From positions 1 to 59,754 of the forward strand of contig CAIUAY010000034.1 of NCBI GenBank assembly GCA_903897335.1: a stretch of 59,754 nucleotides of DNA, given 5' to 3'. The number at the start of each line of letters is the position of its first letter. Positions within the stretch are counted from its first letter, which is position 1. This DNA comes from an uncultured Chromatium sp. Lineage in GTDB: Bacteria > Pseudomonadota > Gammaproteobacteria > Chromatiales > Chromatiaceae. The position numbers were made by a program, and so were the translations under genes. The notes under the pieces are model-generated. The model worked only from the letters and a program-made list of their open reading frames with translations. It did not search any database and was not told the origin of the DNA. This document shows, one piece after another, positions 48,845 through 59,754 of this stretch.

Positions 48845-49983
48845 CGGCTGCGGTAGGGACTGTGGGCATGCATCTCGGTCAGATAGCCGTTCATTCCGGC
48901 CTGTTCCTGTTCGAGAACATGCGCGATGGCGGAGCGGAAGACTGGATTGGCGATCCAATGCGCCGACCAGGTGGGCGTTGGCAGAAATCCCCGGCTGACT
49001 TTATGTTCACCCTGCGCGCCCGGCTCGAAACGTGCCAGTCCGTGTTCGATGCAATACTCCAGACCCTGATAGTAACACGCCTCAAAATGCAGGCTGTGGA
49101 AGTCCTGAAGGCAGCCCCAGTGACGGCCATAGAGCGAATGCTGACCGATTAGGCTGAAGGCGGCGGCGACGATCCGCTGTCCATGGAAGGCCAGCACCAG
49201 CAGCAACTGTTGCCCCATGGTAGCGCCGATATCCTGAAAAAACGCGAGAGTCAGAGTTGGAATGCCACCATGTTTATCAAAGGTGTCGCAGTACAGTCGG
49301 TGAAAGGCGACCCACTCGGCTTCAGTCACGGCGTCGCCTGTCAGCCGACGGATGCGTATCCCGCTGTCTGTCACGCGGCGGCGCTCGCGGCGGATTTTTT
49401 TGCGCTTTTCTGCCGTGAACGTGTCAAGCAGATCGGTAAACGACGCATGTCCCTGATTGTGCCAATGGAACTGGCAACCCATGCGCGGCATCAGTCCCTG
49501 GGCTTTAAGCCAGCCAATTTCATCATCTGCCGTAAACAGCCAGTGCAAGGACGATACGCCCATCCGTTCAGCGATCTGCATCGCGCCCTGGATGAGTGCC
49601 TGAGCGTGATCGTGGCGCTCAGGCGTGTCACCGGTCAGCAACCGTCGACCAGTTGCCGGGGTGTAGGGCGAGGCGACGACCAGCTTGGGATAATAGTGCA
49701 GGCCGTGACGACGGTAGGCATCCGCCCACGTCCAGTCAAAAACGAATTCTCCATAAGAATTTGACTTCAGATAACAAGGTGCGACCGCCAGCAACTGACC
49801 TTGCTCGTCACGCAGAGCCAGATGCTGGGGCAGCCAGCCCAGCGCCTCGCCGACACAGCCGTGACGCTCCATGGCGGCGAGGAACTCATGACGCAGAAAA
49901 GGCGCGTCCGGGTCGGCGAGGCGATTCCAGTGATCAGCAGGAATCGCTGTGATTGCGGAATGCGTCATTAGCTCAGGCATCAC
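48841..49983 (-). CDS. FemAB-like GNAT family protein
   Basis: [32 protein letters not shown] and EPGAQGEHK motifs. Confidence 0.88.
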   Translation of the reverse strand: MMPELMTHSAITAIPADHWNRLADPDAPFLRHEFLAAMERHGCVGEALGWLPQHLALRDEQGQLLAVAPCYLKSNSYGEFVFDWTWADAYRRHGLHYYPKLVVASPYTPATGRRLLTGDTPERHDHAQALIQGAMQIAERMGVSSLHWLFTADDEIGWLKAQGLMPRMGCQFHWHNQGHASFTDLLDTFTAEKRKKIRRERRRVTDSGIRIRRLTGDAVTEAEWVAFHRLYCDTFDKHGGIPTLTLAFFQDIGATMGQQLLLVLAFHGQRIVAAAFSLIGQHSLYGRHWGCLQDFHSLHFEACYYQGLEYCIEHGLARFEPGAQGEHKVSRGFLPTPTWSAHWIANPVFRSAIAHVLEQEQAGMNGYLTEMHAHSPYRSR

Positions 49984-50006
49984 CGTCGGCCTGACATTCA
50001 GGCGTC

Positions 50007-51014
<1,008 letters not shown>

Positions 51015-51208
51015 TCAGATCTCAGGCGAGCATTCGCAAGTGATAACGATGCCGCGAGCCTGCGCTTCAGGCGTGTCACTGTAATTGTTGGCGGAAAGGA
51101 CGTAAAGCCAGCATGATCGACAACGGTTCGCCGTGTTGATTCTGAAGTCATACCATTGACAGCGACTATCATTCAAGATTAAAACCTAGCATAACAAACG
51201 ATTGACGG

Positions 51209-51697
51209 ATGAACCGAATGTTATTAATGAAGAGTGCTGAGATGCGGCGTCTGGCTTTTGGGCTGATGTTCCCCATGCTGGCTTTGCTGACGGGATGCGC
51301 CTCGCAGGTCAGTGATTCAGGATTGAGCGGGCGGCGCGCTGATGTGGTGCTGGCAGGGCTGTCACAGATCGGAACGCCTTACGTCTATGGTGGGAAATCT
51401 CCGGCAACCGGATTTGACTGTAGCGGTTTAACCTACTACGCGCATCAGGCTGCCGGTCTCTCCATTCCACGGGTCGCCATCGACCAGCAGCGAGCATCCC
51501 ATCCGGTCAGAGATCAGCCTAAACCAGGCGACATGGTGTTCTTTAAGACCGGGGCGGAGGTCTATCATGTCGGTCTCATGGTGGATAAAAATCGCTTTGT
51601 TCATGCCTCGATATCCCGCAATCAGGTCAGGATTGACCGTCTGGATACGCCTTACTGGCAGGCACATTATCTTGGCGCAGGAACGTATCTCAATTGA
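51209..51697 (+). CDS. NlpC/P60 (C40) lipoprotein peptidase
   Basis: Lipobox LTGC; [16 protein letters not shown] and FVHA motifs; start may be 51242. Confidence 0.92.
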   Translation: MNRMLLMKSAEMRRLAFGLMFPMLALLTGCASQVSDSGLSGRRADVVLAGLSQIGTPYVYGGKSPATGFDCSGLTYYAHQAAGLSIPRVAIDQQRASHPVRDQPKPGDMVFFKTGAEVYHVGLMVDKNRFVHASISRNQVRIDRLDTPYWQAHYLGAGTYLN

Positions 51698-51825
51698 TGC
51701 AATCTTCGCTGGCGGCTTGTCACTCGCCTTTTTCTGTTTCCTGTAGCACAATGCGATTCGGCTTTCGGCCTGAGGCCGGAAGTGTCGATATCACAACAAC
51801 TGTATCTAACGTAGGAGTGACATCC

Positions 51826-52194
51826 ATGTCCGATAAGCCAGTCAGCCAGAGCCGTCGCGACGCCGTCAAAGTGATGCTGGGCACCGCTGTTGCCATCCCC
51901 ATGATCAATCTGGTCGGTTTTGGCACCGCTCGTGCCGCGGCTCCCGCCAACGCCGTGACTGCTGATGATCCAACAGCCATTGCATTGAAGTACAGTCAGG
52001 ACTCGACCAAGTCCGAGCGCGAGACCGCAGCCCGTCCTGGCGCGCCGGCTAATCAGCAGCACTGCCTGACTTGCCAGTTCATGCAAGCCGATGCCGCAGG
52101 CGCCACCGATGAGTGGAAAGGCTGTGCGCTCTTCCCCGGCAAGATGATCAATGCCAATGGCTGGTGTTCTTCCTGGACGCTTAAGGCCGGCTGA
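51826..52194 (+). CDS. hip: High-potential iron-sulfur protein (HiPIP) with Tat signal
   Basis: SRRDAVK twin-Arg signal; CLTCQF...[10 protein letters not shown]...GWCSSW gives four Cys ligands; AGGAG SD. Confidence 0.96.
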   Translation: MSDKPVSQSRRDAVKVMLGTAVAIPMINLVGFGTARAAAPANAVTADDPTAIALKYSQDSTKSERETAARPGAPANQQHCLTCQFMQADAAGATDEWKGCALFPGKMINANGWCSSWTLKAG

Positions 52195-52228
52195 TTCTGG
52201 TCAGCTCGCCCATCATCGCGGCGAGTTC

Positions 52229-52258
52229 AAAAAAACGGGGCCGCAGGCCCCGTTTTTT
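52229..52258 (+). terminator. Rho-independent terminator after hip
   Basis: AAAAAAACGGGGCC-GCA-GGCCCCGTTTTTT hairpin with a U tract. Confidence 0.88.
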
Positions 52259-52273
52259 CATGGTACGAATGTT

Positions 52274-53128
52274 ATGGCTCTTGCTCCCCAGTCTTCCACG
52301 AATCCAAACATCTCCCACGCCCATGGCGACTTCACAGATGTTCCTCAGCCTACTCCCCCGCGCTGGCGTCTCGCGCTGATCCGCGGAATCATCTGGAGTC
52401 TGCACGGGATGATCTATGCGCCGCTATTCACAGGGCTTAAGGAGTTGCTGAAAGGTTTTGGTTTAGATGTTTTTGCCTATTTGATCGCCGCAGCCCTGAC
52501 CGGCGCGATTGGCGCGGTACTCTATGGCGCGCGTGAGCTGTCGCTGATCAGTTCGGGTCTGGGTGCCGGGATTGGCGTCATCTCACTGATATTGCTGACC
52601 GATCAACTGACCTTTGTCCACACGATCCTGATCGCCATTGCCATTGCTGCCGTCCTCGGTTTAATCATGCGTTTTCCCGACCGCTGTTCCGCCAATGTTG
52701 CACCCAAGGCGCTGGCTGGTCTGGTGGCAGGAGCCATCAGCGGGATGCTTCTGCTGCTCGGCGCGTTTCTGCATGACGCGCCGTTCTCGCTGTTTGCAGT
52801 GCTGGCTTTTCTGGTCAGTCTCAATGGTGTGCTGTATGTGGCTACGGTCAGGCGCTGGGTGGCTTTAACGCAGCGAATCTGCCGGACATCCTTGTCCTGC
52901 AATCTGGTTGAAGCTGGGATCATGGCGTTGCTGGCGGGCGTTGCCGCTGGCAGTGTCTGGATGATCAGTGGCCCGCTGATCAATCAGGATGCCGGACTGT
53001 GGTGGCTGGCAGCGAGTCTCGAAATGCATCAACAGATTCCACAGGCGGTTCTGGGCGGTCTGTTGGGTGGCGGTGTCGCCGGAATGTTCCTGGAGGCATT
53101 TCGCTTTACCTGGGTTGATGACCTCTGA
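52274..53128 (+). CDS. Gly/Ala-rich integral membrane hypothetical protein
   Basis: Roughly 8 hydrophobic segments with GxxxG-like motifs; ends 3 nt before rlmE. Confidence 0.78.
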   Translation: MALAPQSSTNPNISHAHGDFTDVPQPTPPRWRLALIRGIIWSLHGMIYAPLFTGLKELLKGFGLDVFAYLIAAALTGAIGAVLYGARELSLISSGLGAGIGVISLILLTDQLTFVHTILIAIAIAAVLGLIMRFPDRCSANVAPKALAGLVAGAISGMLLLLGAFLHDAPFSLFAVLAFLVSLNGVLYVATVRRWVALTQRICRTSLSCNLVEAGIMALLAGVAAGSVWMISGPLINQDAGLWWLAASLEMHQQIPQAVLGGLLGGGVAGMFLEAFRFTWVDDL

Positions 53129-53131
53129 CAC

Positions 53132-53767
53132 ATGGCAAAGACGAAATCCAGTCGTCGCTGGCTTGATCGTCACCTCAGCGACCCGTATGTGAAGCGCGCC
53201 CAGCGCGATGGTTATCGTTCCCGCGCGGCCTACAAGCTGCTGGAGATCCAGGCCAGGGATCGCATTGTCATGCCGGGAATGCGGGTGCTTGATCTGGGTG
53301 CCGCGCCGGGCAGTTGGTCACAGATTGCGAGCCATCTGGTCGGTTCGCGTGGCTGTGTGATCGCGCTGGATCTGCTGCCGATGGACGCGCTCGACGGCGT
53401 GACCGTGCTCCAGGGCGATTTCCGCGAGGCATCGGTGCTGGCACGACTGCAGGACGTGATTGGCGATATGCCACTCGACCTGGTGCTTTCAGACATGGCA
53501 CCCAATATCACCGGAACGACCGTGACCGATCAGTCGCGCGTCATCTACCTGCTAGAACTAGCGCTGGATCTGGCGCACACGCATCTGAAACCTGGCGGAA
53601 CGCTGGTTGCCAAGGCTTTTCAGGGCGAGGGGTTCGATGCCTACCTGCTGGAATTGCGGCGAACGTTCAGCCGCGTGGCGACGCGCAAGCCGCCATCATC
53701 CCGCCCCGAAAGCCGCGAGATCTATCTGGTGGCAACAGGTTTTATGGCGAAAGGCTTTCATCCGTAA
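53132..53767 (+). CDS. rlmE: 23S rRNA Um2552 methyltransferase
   Basis: [24 protein letters not shown] and SREIY motifs. Confidence 0.96.
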   Translation: MAKTKSSRRWLDRHLSDPYVKRAQRDGYRSRAAYKLLEIQARDRIVMPGMRVLDLGAAPGSWSQIASHLVGSRGCVIALDLLPMDALDGVTVLQGDFREASVLARLQDVIGDMPLDLVLSDMAPNITGTTVTDQSRVIYLLELALDLAHTHLKPGGTLVAKAFQGEGFDAYLLELRRTFSRVATRKPPSSRPESREIYLVATGFMAKGFHP

Positions 53768-53837
53768 GCGGTCAGTGCTAGTTTCCAGCCAACCAGCAAC
53801 GCTGGCGTCGAGACATAATCATCAGGGGTCTGACATC

Positions 53838-55754
<1,917 letters not shown>

Positions 55755-55758
55755 ACCG

Positions 55759-57093
55759 ATGCGTCGCTATTTTGGTACGGATGGCATTCGTGGACGGGTT
55801 GGCGAAGGTCATATCACCCCAGATTTTGTTCTGAAGCTGGGCTGGGCTGCCGGGCGCGTACTCGGTAATGGGCGCGGTAAAGTCCTGATCGGCAAGGACA
55901 CCCGAATCTCTGGTTATATGTTCGAGTCGGCGCTGGAAGCCGGACTGGTGGCGGCAGGCGTGAGTATCCGGCTGCTTGGCCCCATGACCACTCCCGGCGT
56001 GGCTTATCTGACGCATACCTTCCGGGCGTCTGCGGGCATCGTCATTACCGCCTCGCACAATCCTTATCAGGACAACGGAATCAAGTTCTTTTCAGCCGAT
56101 GGCGACAAACTGCCCGATGAGGTCGAGCTGGCCATCGAAGCTGAACTCGACAGACCACTGCGCACCGTAGATTCCAGCGCATTAGGCAAGGTGCAGCGGG
56201 TGGAAGATGCCAACGGACGTTATATCGAGTTCTGCAAGAGCACGATTCCAGCCTCCATGAACTTCCGTGATCTCAAGATCGTGGTCGATTGCGCCAACGG
56301 CGCAACCTATAACACGGCGCCTTATGTTTTCGAGGAACTGGGCGCGAAGGTCGTGCGTCTCGGCACCGAGCCAGATGGTTTCAATATCAACCGCGAGCTG
56401 GGTTCCACCAGACCCGAAGCATTCTGCAAGGCGGTCGTTGACGCCGGAGCAGATCTGGGAATCGCTTTCGATGGCGACGGTGATCGCGTCCTGATGTGCG
56501 ATTCCCATGGCAACTTGCTCGATGGCGACCAGCTTCTCTACATCATCGCCAAATCCAGACAGGTCGCGGGAACCCTACGCGGCGATGTCGTCGGAACACT
56601 GATGAGCAATCTCGGATTTGAACATGCGCTCAAGCGCCTGGACATCGGTTTTGCCCGTACCCAAGTCGGCGACCGCTATATCATGGAACAGCTCAAGCTC
56701 ACCGATGGCATTCTCGGCGGCGAGCCTTCGGGTCATATCATCTGCCGGGATCGCACCAGCACCGGCGATGGAATCGTGGCCGCGCTTCAGGTTCTCGCCG
56801 CGCTTGAGCGTCTCGATGCCAGTCTCGATGATCTCGGCGCTGAGGTTGAACGCTATCCGCAAGTTCTCGTGAATGTCCGGCTCGATGAACGCCGCGACAT
56901 CATTGGTTTGACAGCCATTCAGGATGCGCTGATGCGCGTCGAGTGCGAACTCGCCGGTCGCGGACGGGTGCTGCTGCGACCATCAGGGACTGAGCCGCTG
57001 GTAAGGGTCATGGTCGAGGGAATCGATGCCGTGCAGGTGGGCGAACTCGCAGAATGGCTGGCGGATCAGGTGCGTGAACAGATCCGTTTGTAG
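55759..57093 (+). CDS. glmM: Phosphoglucosamine mutase
   Basis: [21 protein letters not shown] and RPSGTEP motifs. Confidence 0.96.
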   Translation: MRRYFGTDGIRGRVGEGHITPDFVLKLGWAAGRVLGNGRGKVLIGKDTRISGYMFESALEAGLVAAGVSIRLLGPMTTPGVAYLTHTFRASAGIVITASHNPYQDNGIKFFSADGDKLPDEVELAIEAELDRPLRTVDSSALGKVQRVEDANGRYIEFCKSTIPASMNFRDLKIVVDCANGATYNTAPYVFEELGAKVVRLGTEPDGFNINRELGSTRPEAFCKAVVDAGADLGIAFDGDGDRVLMCDSHGNLLDGDQLLYIIAKSRQVAGTLRGDVVGTLMSNLGFEHALKRLDIGFARTQVGDRYIMEQLKLTDGILGGEPSGHIICRDRTSTGDGIVAALQVLAALERLDASLDDLGAEVERYPQVLVNVRLDERRDIIGLTAIQDALMRVECELAGRGRVLLRPSGTEPLVRVMVEGIDAVQVGELAEWLADQVREQIRL

Positions 57094-57212
57094 CGGGTGA
57101 TTCAGGTGACGGGCAAAACACAGGCGATGGTGTTGTCTGTTGTTGCCGACGTTGCCGTTTCCATCTTTTTTAATACCGTCGGCGCCATCACGCCGACTGA
57201 TCTGGATTAGTC

Positions 57213-57647
57213 GTGGCTATTGTCAGAAAAAGCGCCCTGGTGCCGTACTCGGCATCGCAGATGTTCAACCTGGTTTATGATGTTGGTGCCTATCCACAGT
57301 TTCTACCCTGGTGTCATACGGCTAGGGTGATCTCGGAATCCGACGAGCAGATCTGTGGCTTGATCGAGGTTGCCCGCATGGGAATTCGTCAAACCTTTAG
57401 CACCTGCAATCGTTACGAGCGCGACAGGCGCATGGAGATCGCCCTGCTGGATGGCCCTTTCCGCAAACTGGACGGCATCTGGACTTTCACCGCGTTGCGT
57501 ACAGATGCCTCAAAAGTGGAACTTGAACTGGATTTTGAGTTTTCAGGCCGTCTCATCGACAAGGCTTTTGGCACCGTCTTCAATCAGATCGCCAACTCGC
57601 TGGTGGATGCGTTCTGCAAACGTGCTGATGAAGTCTATCGTCAATGA
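57213..57647 (+). CDS. ratA: RatA/Coq10 START-domain protein
   Basis: VPYSASQMFNLVYDV..YPQFLPWC, GPFRKL and AFCKRA motifs. Confidence 0.9.
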   Translation: MAIVRKSALVPYSASQMFNLVYDVGAYPQFLPWCHTARVISESDEQICGLIEVARMGIRQTFSTCNRYERDRRMEIALLDGPFRKLDGIWTFTALRTDASKVELELDFEFSGRLIDKAFGTVFNQIANSLVDAFCKRADEVYRQ

Positions 57648-57678
57648 CTCCTTCGGCAGTGGTTTTCAGGAAAGCCGT

Positions 57679-58167
57679 TTATTTCTCTTGGTTCAGTCTG
57701 ATGCTATCCAGGCTTCTTTCCAGCAAACCCTTGTGCTTTTCATAGTCGGGGACGGAAACGACGATTTCTTTTGATTCAGGCGAGGCACCCTTGCCATCGG
57801 ACGGCGGCGTGCCGTCGACGCGCACCAGGACATCATCCTGGAAATGCAGCGTCAGGGAATGGGTTTTCATGGGCTGGTGCCCGCGCTGGATGGTGTAGAC
57901 ATAATCCCAGCGATTGGCATGGAAAAAGTCAGTGAGCAGTGGCGTACCCAACACCAAGCTGACCTGATGCTTGGTCATGCCAGGTTTCAGGCCGTGCACC
58001 ATTTCTTCAGTGAGGATATTTCCCTGCTGCACGGTCATCTTATAGACAAATGGCAGATTTTCCAGCATGGAAGCGCCGTAATCATCTGGCTTTTCTTCCC
58101 GGGCACAACCAACAGTGGCGAGGAGCGCCAGACCGCCGATCATGGAAAAACTGAATTTCTTTCGCAT
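57679..58167 (-). CDS. bamE: Outer membrane assembly lipoprotein BamE
   Basis: Lipobox TVGC; QQGN, GMTKHQV..VLGTP and RWDYVY motifs. Confidence 0.93.
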   Translation of the reverse strand: MRKKFSFSMIGGLALLATVGCAREEKPDDYGASMLENLPFVYKMTVQQGNILTEEMVHGLKPGMTKHQVSLVLGTPLLTDFFHANRWDYVYTIQRGHQPMKTHSLTLHFQDDVLVRVDGTPPSDGKGASPESKEIVVSVPDYEKHKGLLERSLDSIRLNQEK

Positions 58168-58264
58168 CTTGCTCTCATGATGAGTTTGCGCTAAACCGCC
58201 GCATCATACAGCAGCTTCAACCTGTCGAAACATCACGGCGTTGGCCATCCCTGGCCGGAGATCA

Positions 58265-58810
58265 TCAGGGCAGGCTGATGCGAGTCATGATGCCATCCTT
58301 CAGACGCCAATGTTTGAGACCGGCAGCGGTATGTACCAGCACCAGCACCAGCAGGATCAGGCCGCCGATGCCGTGATAGGAAAACAGGGTCTCGCCGAGT
58401 TCTTTGTTCTCACCGATCAGACCCGGCAGGCTCAGATCGAAAAACTGCACCGGATAGCCTGATGCCGCTGTCGCAAGCCAGCCGCCAATGGGCAACCCGA
58501 TCAGCAACACATACAGCAGCAGATGGATGGTGCTGCCAACCAGACGTTCGATTCCTGTCAGTGTCTGGCTATAGGGCGGTGGCGGCGAACGAAACCGTAA
58601 TGCAAGACGCGCTGCCATCAACACCAGCAGCAGAATGCCAAAGCTTTTGTGCATCTTGAACAGCACCCCGGTCAGTTCCTGGCCAAGCAGGTTGGTCAGA
58701 CCCTCATCGCCCAACGCCATGAAAGTCAGTCCGGCAGCCAACAGTCCAAACACGATCAGGGCGATCAGCCAGTGCAGTAGCCGTTGCAATAACGTGTAGC
58801 GGTTAGTCAA
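58265..58810 (-). CDS. Cytochrome b561 (CybB/YceJ family)
   Basis: LHW, HKSFG, YHG and VHTAA His ligands in four transmembrane helices. Confidence 0.9.
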   Translation of the reverse strand: MTNRYTLLQRLLHWLIALIVFGLLAAGLTFMALGDEGLTNLLGQELTGVLFKMHKSFGILLLVLMAARLALRFRSPPPPYSQTLTGIERLVGSTIHLLLYVLLIGLPIGGWLATAASGYPVQFFDLSLPGLIGENKELGETLFSYHGIGGLILLVLVLVHTAAGLKHWRLKDGIMTRISLP

Positions 58811-58922
58811 GGTGGTTTCCTCATGAAGTCAAGCATGGATTGTTGCAGCAGGGTCGGCGTATCGGCCAACCAACGCACTATGATACCGAAGTCTCACGGC
58901 AAGATCGGAGGAAAAACTGACC

Positions 58923-59213
58923 ATGTCTGTTCACGACAGCAGGACGTCTGGAGAGACGCTGAACCGCTTGCGCTGGCAATGTCGGCGCGGGATGTTGGAA
59001 CTCGATCATCTGCTGGGGCACTTTCTCGATCTGGGTTATGACGATCTGGATGACGCACAGCAGCAGTGCTTTCTGATGCTGCTTGGTGAACAGGATCAGC
59101 AGCTCAGCGACTGGTTCATGTCACGGTCACAGCCGCCTGACTTGAAGCGGCATGCGCTGGTTCAGCGGATCATCGCGGTCGCACGGGAGCGCCAGAATCC
59201 TGGCCGCTGCTGA
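58923..59213 (+). CDS. sdhE: FAD assembly factor SdhE
   Basis: RLRWQCRRGMLELD motif. Confidence 0.93.
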   Translation: MSVHDSRTSGETLNRLRWQCRRGMLELDHLLGHFLDLGYDDLDDAQQQCFLMLLGEQDQQLSDWFMSRSQPPDLKRHALVQRIIAVARERQNPGRC

Positions 59214-59219
59214 CTGGCG

Positions 59220-59555
59220 ATGGCATTTCCTTACAATAACCCACCGCTGCTGATCCGTCCCCGTCGCTCCTGGCGTCTGACGCTTTTCATCGCACTGGCT
59301 CACGCGCTGGCGGCGGTCGTGATCCTTATCCTGCCGATCGGCTTTTATCGGATTCCAGCCATTCTGCTGATTGTTCTGGGCGCGGTTCACGCTGTCATGA
59401 CCCATGTGCTGCGACTGGTGCCCTGGTCGGTTCTGTGTGCGCTCTGGCAATCCGATGGCATCTGGCGTCTGAGTCTGACCTCCGGCGCAGACATTGAGGT
59501 GCAGCTTTCCCCGGCAACTTTTGTCAGCCTACCGCTAGTACGCGCTTCCGTTTAA
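59220..59555 (+). pseudogene. ygfX: YgfX/CptA-like membrane protein truncated by IS insertion
   Basis: Directly after sdhE, two transmembrane helices, then DGIWRL...TFVSLPLV; the last codons and the stop lie in IS sequence. Confidence 0.7.
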
Positions 59556-59754
59556 TCTTGCATAAGCCTCATTGTAGACACATCTCGTCAGGCAAGTTCT
59601 CAAGAGGTGCATCAAATGATCAAGTATGTTGTCCGGCTCACCGATGACGAAGGCTCGTCGCTGACGCAGTTAATCGACAAAGGCAAAGCGGCCGCACGGA
59701 AGATCAAGCACGCCAACGTGCTGCTTAAAATCGATGCGGACGGCCCGAACTGGA
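59536..59754 (+). mobile_element. IS630-family element, left end
   Basis: CTAG/TA at 59535-59538, followed by a non-coding leader and the transposase start. Confidence 0.75.
59616..59754 (+). CDS. IS630-family transposase N-terminus (partial)
   Basis: MIKYVVRLTDDEGSSLTQLIDKGKAAARKIKHANVLLKIDADGPNW with a GAGGTG SD; runs off the window. Confidence 0.8.
   Translation, partial: MIKYVVRLTDDEGSSLTQLIDKGKAAARKIKHANVLLKIDADGPNW

Noticed and set aside
51156-51185. TTGACA -35 element upstream of the NlpC/P60 gene
   Set aside because: The -10 match is weak, so not enough to call a promoter.

Overview
GC-rich gammaproteobacterial chromosome segment, most likely from a purple sulfur bacterium (Chromatiaceae), judged from the Chromatium-type Tat-exported HiPIP and the [NiFe]-hydrogenase maturation protease. 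Both window ends fall inside IS elements: an AT-rich, frameshifted IS5-like transposase on the left and an IS630-family element truncating ygfX on the right. Most of the window is housekeeping genes (folP, pap, gshA, prc, def, pgeF-rluD/bamD, glnB-nadE, sucCD/sucAB, phoU, pip, dtd, clpB, psd, infA-bpt-aat, trxB, rlmE-ftsH-glmM, ratA, bamE, sdhE), and several canonical gene strings are broken up. The most interesting items are: (1) a GH57-DUF4912-like-glycogen synthase operon; (2) a single ORF fusing the two exosortase-A-associated hydrolases through an in-frame palindromic repeat, next to an ACP and a secreted TPR protein; (3) an internally duplicated 1364-aa membrane protein of unknown function, divergent from a diguanylate cyclase; (4) an adenylate cyclase-PilZ fusion; (5) a FemAB-like GNAT translationally coupled to aat and bpt. 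I saw no rRNA, tRNA or CRISPR array. All family assignments come from motif recognition by eye; no searches were run.
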